Program-made: the position numbers and the translations under genes
The notes under the pieces: model-generated
Database searches by the model: none
Told to the model about the DNA's origin: nothing
Seen by the model: the letters and a program-made list of their open reading frames with translations, nothing else
Origin: Halogeometricum borinquense DSM 11551
Lineage (GTDB): Archaea; Halobacteriota; Halobacteria; Halobacteriales; Haloferacaceae
DNA: 32,000 nucleotides
Direction: 5' to 3'
Assembly: GCF_000172995.2 (NCBI RefSeq)
Contig: NC_014729.1
Coordinates: forward strand, 1,140,001 to 1,172,000
Shown here: positions 1-7,769 of the stretch, piece after piece
Numbering within the stretch: the first letter of the stretch is position 1
How the letters are laid out: every line of letters starts with the position of its first letter

Positions 1-5
1 GGAGA

Positions 6-1457
6 TCACGCGTGCGCAAGTTTCCAGACTCCCTTCGGGACAGCGGTGAGGAACGGAAGCAGAAGCAACACGTACAGCCAGCCAGCGGGTGGACCGAACG
101 GCGTTACGAGCAACGTGGCACCAGCGACCACGATGAGGCAAGCCGAGGCGACAGCGATGCCAGCGAGCCACTGGTTGAGCGGCGAGAGTTCGGTTGACCG
201 AATCGGTAGCTCGAACGTCTCGATCAGTGCTTCCGGATTACTGACTGGCCCGAGGGTGCGTTCGGTGTCATCGTCGTCTCCCCCCGTCTTCACGGTCAGC
301 CTTCGTGTGTCGAAATACCGGTCTGAGAACTGAGTTTCCACGACTGTCGCGTTGTGAAGGACACCCACCGGCGCCGACCACTGTGTGTCGCCGGTTAGTC
401 GGTCGTAGGCGACAAGCTGGTCGCCAATGCGTCGGTACGTTACCCAGCCGCTCTCGAGGACTCCCATGACGATGTCGCTACAGAACATGATGCAGAACAG
501 CAGGAATGCGATAAAAGCCGAGCCACTCCGGAGGGCTGGAGACGGCTCGCCGGCAACGATGGCGATCAGTCCGAGCCAGACAAACGTGGCCATGGTGGCG
601 TAAAACGGTCCCGTAGTCGTAACTGCACGCCAGACCGCGGTCGCCGCAACCGCACGCCGGTCAACGTCAATCGCGGCTGAGGGATCATCATCGGGAACGT
701 CGAGCGGTTCCAGCGCGGAATCGCTATCCGGACCAGAGAGCCAGCTAGTGAGCCGACCTCCACCGTCGCGTTCCGCACGGAAGCCGGACCACTCGAAGAG
801 GAGTTTTGCAAACACGAATCCAACGAGCGCAAGCGTTGTTCCGGCAGCACCCGTTACTGGGGCGATAAACGGGACGATAAATAGGACGGCCATGAGGAAG
901 AATCCCTGCCGAGCGGGAATTTCGACGACTGAGTACGGAGAGACATCTGCGTACCGTCCGCTCCGAATGTAGGAGTAGCCGGTCTCGCCGAGTTGACCGA
1001 TGAGCAGCACAGCGACGCTTGAGAGTACTGCCGGATGACGGATGACATCACTGACTGCAATGACTTCTGAGAGGCTGAAGCTGATGAAAAGGCCGAACCA
1101 CGCACCGCCATAGATGACTGCAGCAGCGAACGGAACGTTGCGCGGGTATATGGGTGGAAGGAACTCGTGAACGCTCACGCTCCCGCGTTTGGCGACGAGA
1201 TCGTTACTCGACACGCTGATGACGCCACTCTCTCGATCGGAGACTGGCGGCTGGCCGGCGAACAGCGCTTTCGCTCCCGCGAGGAGGAATAGCAACTGTA
1301 GCTCAAGGGCGTACACGGCGACAAGTGTTTCCGGATCCCAATCGAGCCACAACACCCCGATGAGCGGAGGTAGGTTTGCGACGAGAACCGGGAGGAACCC
1401 GAACGCGGGTGGAAGAGAATCGCCGTGCCGTGGAGGAGCCATACGTGAATCTGTCAC
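6..1457 (-). CDS. Polytopic membrane protein with a C-proximal soluble bPH-like (bacterial PH/DUF304-like) segment; function unknown
   Basis: 483-codon ORF with many hydrophobic helices. The N-terminal LPPLIGVLWLDWDP block resembles DUF6498-type membrane proteins. A soluble segment (WVTYRRIGDQLVAYDRL...RRLTVKTGG...ETFELP) sits between TM helices. The alternative-frame ORFs here are Arg/Ser-rich shadows. Confidence 0.6.
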   Translation of the reverse strand: MTDSRMAPPRHGDSLPPAFGFLPVLVANLPPLIGVLWLDWDPETLVAVYALELQLLFLLAGAKALFAGQPPVSDRESGVISVSSNDLVAKRGSVSVHEFLPPIYPRNVPFAAAVIYGGAWFGLFISFSLSEVIAVSDVIRHPAVLSSVAVLLIGQLGETGYSYIRSGRYADVSPYSVVEIPARQGFFLMAVLFIVPFIAPVTGAAGTTLALVGFVFAKLLFEWSGFRAERDGGGRLTSWLSGPDSDSALEPLDVPDDDPSAAIDVDRRAVAATAVWRAVTTTGPFYATMATFVWLGLIAIVAGEPSPALRSGSAFIAFLLFCIMFCSDIVMGVLESGWVTYRRIGDQLVAYDRLTGDTQWSAPVGVLHNATVVETQFSDRYFDTRRLTVKTGGDDDDTERTLGPVSNPEALIETFELPIRSTELSPLNQWLAGIAVASACLIVVAGATLLVTPFGPPAGWLYVLLLLPFLTAVPKGVWKLAHA

Positions 1458-1646
1458 CGTCGTCCAATTATATAGATGATGAACCAGATCCGTTTGTCTT
1501 ACTTTTAGCCGCCAATCTCAGGAGGGAACCACCAAAGTCCGGTTACAATATCGAAGAAAACCAACGATAGACCGGCTGCCAACACTGGCTGCGTTTGCTA
1601 TAGATGAAAGTCTGACGAACATTCATAAACCGAGACACTAATTGAC

Positions 1647-1934
1647 ATGCACATGGTAACGAGTGCAAATTCGTCGTCAGTTACTGCGGATGCGGACGAG
1701 GCGATCAGCCTCGCCGTCGTAGAAGCGGTCAGTGTCGCCGCAGATACGCCGGTTCTCGAACTCCCCCCGCTGTACGACGCGATAGACCCCGACGTACTGG
1801 ACGAGTTGTTCGCCGGCCGGCAAGCGGCCGAGCGAATCACGTTTCGGTACGCGGGGCACCTCGTAACCGTCCACGGAGACCGGACCATAGAAATCTTGGA
1901 CGTGGACGAAGCGCAGACCTGCCGTTCTACATGA
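1647..1934 (+). CDS. Stand-alone HalOD1 (halobacterial output domain 1) protein
   Basis: 95 aa. ISLAVVEAVSVAADTPVLELPPLYDAIDPDVLDELF...ITFRYAGHLVTVHGDRTIEI matches the HalOD1 signature (PLY..iDpDaLd.LF, then F.Y.G..V.V). An AT-rich divergent promoter region lies upstream. Confidence 0.7.
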   Translation: MHMVTSANSSSVTADADEAISLAVVEAVSVAADTPVLELPPLYDAIDPDVLDELFAGRQAAERITFRYAGHLVTVHGDRTIEILDVDEAQTCRST

Positions 1935-2105
1935 CTCTAGCGACGAGACCGACACACGACCCCGAGCAGTTGGGGAGCGCCACCGGCAACAACACGGCAG
2001 ATGATCCTGCTCTGCAGTCTGGAATTCTTGACCCACAGCACTGGATACAACGGTAGTCTCGTGCGGGCGCAACCCACTTACAGCCGCGGTCCCGACTGAG
2101 ACCAA

Positions 2106-4871
2106 ATGAGTAGCCGTGGTCGGCGACTTCTCTGCGAGGCGGCGGAGCGAGCGACTGACCCGTTCGACTTCGACCCGCAGACGGTGTCACTCGCTGACGA
2201 AAACGTCCTTGCGCGACTCGAACCGTCCGTCCGCGAGTGGTGGGTCGATCAGTTCGGACGCTACGTAGACGGCAACGGCGGCTTCTTCACTCCGCCGCAG
2301 CGCGAAGCGGTCCCCCTCATCGACGACTCGGAAAACGCCCTCATCTGTGCGCCCACGGGGTCCGGAAAGACGCTTGCCTCCTTTACCGCCATCATTAACG
2401 ACCTGTTCCGACGCGACAGGGAGTTAGCAGACGGTCTCGAAAACTCGGTGTACTGTCTGTACATCTCGCCGCTGAAGTCTCTGGCCAACGACATCCATCG
2501 CAACCTTACACAACCGCTTGAGGGAATCACCGAGAGGATGGACGAACGCGGCGAGACGGTCACTCTCCGGCACGCAATCCGCCACGGCGACACCGACAGT
2601 ACCGACCGGCAGAAGATGCTGGAGACGACGCCGCACATCCTCAACACGACGCCCGAGACGCTTTCGATTCTCCTCAACTCGCCGAAGTTCAAGGAGAAAC
2701 TTCGGACCGTCGAGTACGTCATCGTAGACGAGATACACAGTCTCGCGGAGAACAAACGCGGCACGCATCTCTCCGTCTCGTTGGAGCGTCTGGAGAATCT
2801 GTGTCACGATTCACCGACTCGAATCGGCTGTTCGGCGACGGTCGAACCGCTCTCGACGATGGCCGAATTTCTCGTAGGACGCGGCGACGACGGCGACCCC
2901 CGCGAGTATGAACTCGTGGACACGCGGTTCGTCCGCGACTTCGACCTGCAGTTGGAGTGTCCAACAGACGACCTCATCAACACGCCCCGGAACGTCGTTC
3001 AAGAGCGGTTCTACGACCGACTGGACGAGTTGGTGCAGTCGCACACGAACACACTCGTCTTCACCAACACCCGGTCGGGCGCAGAACGCGTTCTCCACAA
3101 CCTCAGGGAGAACTACGACGGCTACGACGAGCAGAACTCCGGGTGCCACCACGGGAGTCTGTCCAAAGAGCGCAGACAGGAGATCGAACGCGAGCTAAAA
3201 GACGGAAATCTGGACGTAGTGACGACCTCGACCAGCCTCGAACTCGGCATCGACATGCCGCACATCGACCTCGTGGTACAGGTGGGGTCGCCGAAATCAG
3301 TCGCTTCGTTGCTCCAACGCGTCGGGCGCGCGGGTCACCGACTCGGACAGACCGTCGAGGGGCGCGTCATCGCCCTCGATAGAGACGAGTTAGTCGAGTG
3401 CGCAGTGATGCTGCGGAAGGCCGAAGACGGATTCGTTGACCGGGTGTTCGTCCCTGAAAACGCCCAAGATGTCGCCGCTCAGCACGTCTACGGGATGGCC
3501 ATCAACCGGGTGTGGCGCGAGGAGGAGATACTGCAGACGCTCCGGCGTGCGTACCCGTACCGGAACTTCTCCGACGCCGAGTGGGAGCAACTGATGGCGT
3601 ATCTCACGGCCGACTACGAGGGACTGGAGGACAAGAACGTCTACGCGAAGGTATGGCGCGACACGAACGACGCGCCCGACGGCGAACACCATTACGAGGA
3701 GTACGACGTGGGCGAACCGCTCGTCGGTAAGCGCGGGCGGATGGCTCGCGTCATCTACATGACGAACATCGGCACCATCCCCGACTCGTTCACCTGCGAC
3801 GTGATGACCCGGTCGGGCGACGAGTGGGTCGGCCAACTGGACGAGAACTACCTCGACACCATCGACTCCGGTGACGTGTTCGTCCTCGGTGGCGAACATT
3901 TCGAGTACCGCTACCGACGCGGGTCGAAGGTGTACGTGGACAGAACGAGCAAGCGGCCAACGGTTCCCTCGTGGTTCTCCGAGCGCTTGCCCCTCTCGTA
4001 CGATTTGGGCCGAGAGATAACGCGATTTCAAGGCGAACTCCTCGGCAGATTAGACGACGGCGGTCCGCCGGCCGTACGGACGTGGCTCCGTGCGTTTCCG
4101 GTGGACGAAAACAGCGTCCGTGCCATCACTCGGATGTTCGACGAGCAGGTGCGCTACGCCGGTTCCGAGAGCGTTGCAACCGAGTCGCGCATTGCCATCG
4201 AGGAGCAACTCGACAGAGACGAGTACCAACGGCGCTTCTACGTCCACTCGAACTACGGCCGGCGGTTCAACGACGGTCTCTCGCGCCTCATCGCCTTTCA
4301 TTTCGCGCGGCGGTCGAACGCGAACGTGCAGGTGGCCGTCGCGGACAACGGGTTCTCCATCTCGATGCCGCTGAACCGGAAAGTGGACGTAGAGGCCGTC
4401 ATCCGCGACATCGACCCCGACTCGGTTGACGAGGATCTGCGGGCCGCACTCGACGGCACGGACCTCCTGAAGCGGTACTTCCGTATCAATGCCACCCGCG
4501 CGCTGATGATACTGAAGCGCTACAAGGGGTACGAAAAGTCCGCGGCCCAACAACAGGTGTCCTCGGAGATGCTCCTGTCGTTCGCGCAGGATCTCGACGG
4601 CTTCGCCGTGATGGAGGAGACGTACCGAGAGATTCTGGAGGACAAACTGAACGTGGCCGCGGTCAAAGACGTACTTCGGGGCGTCAAGTCGGGCGACGTG
4701 GAAGTCGTCGCACGCAACGTGGACTCACCGACGCCGCGTGCGTTCGGTCTCGCCACGCTCATGGCCAGCGACGTGGTTCTCGCAGAAGACGAGAGTCAAG
4801 CCCTCAAAGCGTTCCACGCCCGCGTCTTAGACGAAATCGGTGACGACGAGGCCGTGCCAGTGGACGACTAA
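2106..4871 (+). CDS. lhr: Lhr-type ATP-dependent SF2 DEAD/DEAH-box helicase
   Basis: 921 aa. Motif I APTGSGKT, motif II VDEIH, SAT, HHGSLS, TSSLELGID, QRVGRAGH, followed by a long Lhr-type C-terminal (DEAD_assoc-like) region. Confidence 0.9.
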   Translation: MSSRGRRLLCEAAERATDPFDFDPQTVSLADENVLARLEPSVREWWVDQFGRYVDGNGGFFTPPQREAVPLIDDSENALICAPTGSGKTLASFTAIINDLFRRDRELADGLENSVYCLYISPLKSLANDIHRNLTQPLEGITERMDERGETVTLRHAIRHGDTDSTDRQKMLETTPHILNTTPETLSILLNSPKFKEKLRTVEYVIVDEIHSLAENKRGTHLSVSLERLENLCHDSPTRIGCSATVEPLSTMAEFLVGRGDDGDPREYELVDTRFVRDFDLQLECPTDDLINTPRNVVQERFYDRLDELVQSHTNTLVFTNTRSGAERVLHNLRENYDGYDEQNSGCHHGSLSKERRQEIERELKDGNLDVVTTSTSLELGIDMPHIDLVVQVGSPKSVASLLQRVGRAGHRLGQTVEGRVIALDRDELVECAVMLRKAEDGFVDRVFVPENAQDVAAQHVYGMAINRVWREEEILQTLRRAYPYRNFSDAEWEQLMAYLTADYEGLEDKNVYAKVWRDTNDAPDGEHHYEEYDVGEPLVGKRGRMARVIYMTNIGTIPDSFTCDVMTRSGDEWVGQLDENYLDTIDSGDVFVLGGEHFEYRYRRGSKVYVDRTSKRPTVPSWFSERLPLSYDLGREITRFQGELLGRLDDGGPPAVRTWLRAFPVDENSVRAITRMFDEQVRYAGSESVATESRIAIEEQLDRDEYQRRFYVHSNYGRRFNDGLSRLIAFHFARRSNANVQVAVADNGFSISMPLNRKVDVEAVIRDIDPDSVDEDLRAALDGTDLLKRYFRINATRALMILKRYKGYEKSAAQQQVSSEMLLSFAQDLDGFAVMEETYREILEDKLNVAAVKDVLRGVKSGDVEVVARNVDSPTPRAFGLATLMASDVVLAEDESQALKAFHARVLDEIGDDEAVPVDD

Positions 4872-4886
4872 TCTCTCGCGGAGAGA
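4872..4886. terminator. Perfect hairpin (TCTCTC-GCG-GAGAGA) in the 19-nt gap between convergent genes
   Basis: Read directly from tctctcgcggagaga, which sits between the lhr stop (4869-4871) and the stop of the minus-strand small ORF (4891-4893). A terminator function is inferred only. Confidence 0.3.
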
Positions 4887-4890
4887 GAAC

Positions 4891-5076
4891 TCAACTCGTC
4901 AGCAGCCAGAGCGCGATGTACGTGACGATGCCGACGAAGATGGCGACGAGAAAATCGCCCGCACTGTTGCTTCCGAGGAGTGTAAGCACCACCCCGGCGA
5001 GTGCGCCCGAAATGGCACCGAGGACTCCCCGACGGAACGCGTCTGACTCTTCGAACCGGTCTCGCAGCGAGGTCAT
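4891..5076 (-). CDS. Small (61 aa) two-helix membrane protein, hypothetical
   Basis: ATG at 5076. MTSLRDRFEESDAFRRGVLGAISGALAGVVLTLLGSNSAGDFLVAIFVGIVTYIALWLLTS has an amphipathic N-terminus and two hydrophobic helices. The longer 180-aa form of this ORF is Ser/Arg-rich and overlaps the HTH gene. Confidence 0.4.
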   Translation of the reverse strand: MTSLRDRFEESDAFRRGVLGAISGALAGVVLTLLGSNSAGDFLVAIFVGIVTYIALWLLTS

Positions 5077-5200
5077 AGAACGGGTGGAATTCGTTAGCAG
5101 GAAAGAAGAACGCTCCGACGTGGCGCAGACGAGACGCGAGCGACGAATCGGTGCCAGTTTCGGTATAGATTTTTGTGCGCTGAACGGTGAGAATCGGTCG

Positions 5201-5446
5201 ATGGCCGCACCGTCGTCTTTCGACGTCGCTGATATCTCTCCGCTCGCGTGGCGACTGCTCCGCGTCGCCGCCGGATACGACCAACGGTCGGTCGAACGCG
5301 AGGTTGACGACATCGTCCAAGCACACATCTCGATGCTCGAATCCGGAACGCGTGCCCTCTCGCGTCCGCGACGAGAGGAATTGTTCGAGCTATACGCCGC
5401 TGAACTCGACGCAGACCAGATCGAAGCCCTCACGACGTACTTTTAG
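5201..5446 (+). CDS. Small XRE-like helix-turn-helix transcription regulator
   Basis: ATG at 5201 (verified in sequence), 81 aa. LAWRLLRVAAGYDQRSVEREVDDIVQAHISMLESGTRALSRPRREEL resembles an XRE/Cro-type HTH. The upstream part of the 176-aa ORF is low-complexity and non-acidic. Confidence 0.55.
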   Translation: MAAPSSFDVADISPLAWRLLRVAAGYDQRSVEREVDDIVQAHISMLESGTRALSRPRREELFELYAAELDADQIEALTTYF

Positions 5447-5517
5447 CTGAATTGTGTGTTATAAGGACGCACATATCTTCCACCTTCGAAAGAATTAATC
5501 GTGTAGTTTTGGATTAG

Positions 5518-7206
5518 ATGTGTGTATCAATGATACACCCCAGTAAATCACGATCTCAGCGGCGTTTAATACTATTCGCGGTTGCGGTCGTCGGGACAGC
5601 ACTCATTGCAGTCGCTCCGTCTCCGGGCGGGTTGACCGTGAAAGGGCAGTACGCGCTGGCGACGATGTTCTTCGCTGGATTTCTCTGGGTCACCGGCGCG
5701 CTCCCACTTGCTGTGACGGCTATTTCGATTCCGTTCGTCCTGACGGCACTGGGCGTCTACCCTGACTTAGACACGGCACTTGTCGGCTTCGCGGACCACC
5801 TCATCTTCCTGTTCATCGCTGGGTTCATGCTGGCGAACGCGTTGCAGAAGTACGATATCGACCGCAGAATCGCGCTGTACATGATGTACGTTATGGGGTC
5901 GTCGCCTCGCCGACTCGTCGGGGCCGTCATGCTCGCCACCGCCTTCCTCTCGATGTGGGTGTCGAACACGGCGACGACGGCGATGATGACACCCATCGCT
6001 CTCGGCGTTCTCACGCAGGTACTCGGCCGCGAAGAGGTCAAGGCGGCGGCGGACGACCCGAGCGCCGACATCGATTCGAGCGTCGCCGCGGATAGCCGTT
6101 CGGAAGACAGAGATTCAGGTACCTCGTCAGACGTGGCGTCCGACGGCGGGTTGGCAGACACCACTCGCTCCGATTCCTTCACGAACCTCCAGATTTCGAT
6201 GTTGCTCGGGACGGCCTACGCCGCCAGCGTCGGCGGCGTCGGGACGCTTATCGGGACCCCACCGAACGCGATTCTCGCTGGACAACTGGACAAGATTCTC
6301 GGCTACGAAATCGGCTTCGTACAGTGGCTCCTTATCGGCCTCCCAATCGTCATCGTCACGCTTCCGATCGTCTGGTATCTCCTCACCTTCCGTATCTACC
6401 CGCCGAAGATAGACGACGTCGATGACGCCCGCGACGAAGCGGGGCGCTACCTCCGTCAAGAAGGCCCGCTGAGTACGCGTGGCAAGCGGGTCGCCATCAT
6501 CTTCACCGCGACAGCGGGACTGTGGGTTCTCGGCGGTCTCGGTGGCTTCTTCAGCGACTATCTGCCCGCCGCGTGGGCGACGACCATCTTCGGCGGCAAG
6601 GGTGCGACGGTCCTCGGCGTCGAAGGTCATCAGGGACTGCTGTACTACGTGATGGTCGGACTTGCGGCCATTCCGGCGCTCGTCCTCGCAGACACGATGG
6701 AGTGGGACGAACTCGCAGACATCGACTGGGGAACCATTCTCCTGTTCGGCGGCGGCATCGCCCTCGCCGATGCTCTCGCTGCAACCGGTGCCACAAACTG
6801 GATAGCAAACACCGTATTCGGTTCGCTAACCGGCGCGCCAATCCTCCTCGTCGTCGGTGTCGTCGTCTTGCTGATCATCTTCCTCACGGAGATGACCTCG
6901 AACACCGCGACGGCGAGTATTATCGTCCCCATCCTCATCGGCATCGGCGGTATCTTTGCGACGACGCTCGGTCTCGCCGAAGTCTCCGCCGCCATCTTCC
7001 TCTCCGTTTCGGGAGCTGTCGCCGCGAGTTTCGCCTTCGCGCTTCCGGTGGCGACGCCGCCGAACGCCATCGTGTTCGGGTCGGGGTACATTCAACAAGA
7101 ACACATGATGCGGGCGGGTGTCATCTTGAATCTCGTGATGACGGCCGTCTTGACCGTCCTCATCTGGCTCATGTTCCAGTTCGTCTGGCCCGCGATTCTC
7201 TGGTAA
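5518..7206 (+). CDS. DASS/SLC13-family (divalent anion:Na+ symporter-type) permease
   Basis: 562 aa and polytopic, with the two hallmark hairpin motifs SNTATTAMM and SNTATASII. An acidic cytoplasmic loop insert is present (DDPSADIDSSVAADSRSEDRDSG...). The start could instead be the ATG at 5530. Confidence 0.85.
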   Translation: MCVSMIHPSKSRSQRRLILFAVAVVGTALIAVAPSPGGLTVKGQYALATMFFAGFLWVTGALPLAVTAISIPFVLTALGVYPDLDTALVGFADHLIFLFIAGFMLANALQKYDIDRRIALYMMYVMGSSPRRLVGAVMLATAFLSMWVSNTATTAMMTPIALGVLTQVLGREEVKAAADDPSADIDSSVAADSRSEDRDSGTSSDVASDGGLADTTRSDSFTNLQISMLLGTAYAASVGGVGTLIGTPPNAILAGQLDKILGYEIGFVQWLLIGLPIVIVTLPIVWYLLTFRIYPPKIDDVDDARDEAGRYLRQEGPLSTRGKRVAIIFTATAGLWVLGGLGGFFSDYLPAAWATTIFGGKGATVLGVEGHQGLLYYVMVGLAAIPALVLADTMEWDELADIDWGTILLFGGGIALADALAATGATNWIANTVFGSLTGAPILLVVGVVVLLIIFLTEMTSNTATASIIVPILIGIGGIFATTLGLAEVSAAIFLSVSGAVAASFAFALPVATPPNAIVFGSGYIQQEHMMRAGVILNLVMTAVLTVLIWLMFQFVWPAILW

Positions 7207-7260
7207 GGGTGGCACAGACGACGAAACGCCCGAAAAGGAGGTACATCGGCCCGCGGCCGA

Positions 7261-7713
7261 TCACTTCGGGACCCACGTTTCGTGAAGGTGGTGCCAGCGG
7301 ACGCCCTCCGGAGGGTCACCAGACTCCGCCCGATGGCCCGCAGAGCGTTGCTCTGTGACGGCTGAATCGCGGACGAACACGACTGAACTCACCCGTGTCG
7401 TCGCCTCCTCCGGTGCCGTCTGATGTTCGCGGTAGGTAAGGACGCAGGTGTCGCCGTCTTCGTGTCGAACTGCGACGTCGCTTACGTCGATAGAGAGGCC
7501 CGGCGCGTGGCCGTGGCCATCGCGGATGGAGTCGAGCAACGGATCACGTTTTCTCACCTCGCCGTCGGGAGTTACCATCTCGAACGCCGGACCGAGAGCG
7601 TCCGCGACACGGGCGAACGACTCGTCGGTTTCGGGTGCCTCACCGCGGAACCACCGCTCGAAAAAGTCGTGGAGTCCGACAATTTCGCGTTCGCAAGCCT
7701 CAGTCAGAGACAT
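7261..7713 (-). CDS. DUF4440/SnoaL-like (NTF2-fold) protein
   Basis: The internal ATG at 7713 (MSLTEACEREIVGLHDFFERWFRG...) avoids overlap with the dna2 stop at 7770. The C-terminal WHHLHETW is typical of DUF4440. Confidence 0.6.
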   Translation of the reverse strand: MSLTEACEREIVGLHDFFERWFRGEAPETDESFARVADALGPAFEMVTPDGEVRKRDPLLDSIRDGHGHAPGLSIDVSDVAVRHEDGDTCVLTYREHQTAPEEATTRVSSVVFVRDSAVTEQRSAGHRAESGDPPEGVRWHHLHETWVPK

Positions 7714-7769
7714 GTTTGCGACACACCCACCCGCGACAAAAAATCTATCCCGCAGCAGAACTCTGTCGC

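Noticed and set aside
1476-1615. C/D-box sRNA-like elements: AUGAUGA at 1476-1482 and CUGA at 1612-1615
   Set aside because: The boxes are about 135 nt apart, far beyond the ~50-70 nt size of archaeal C/D sRNAs. There are no C'/D' boxes or terminal stem, and the AT-rich sequence fits a divergent promoter region.
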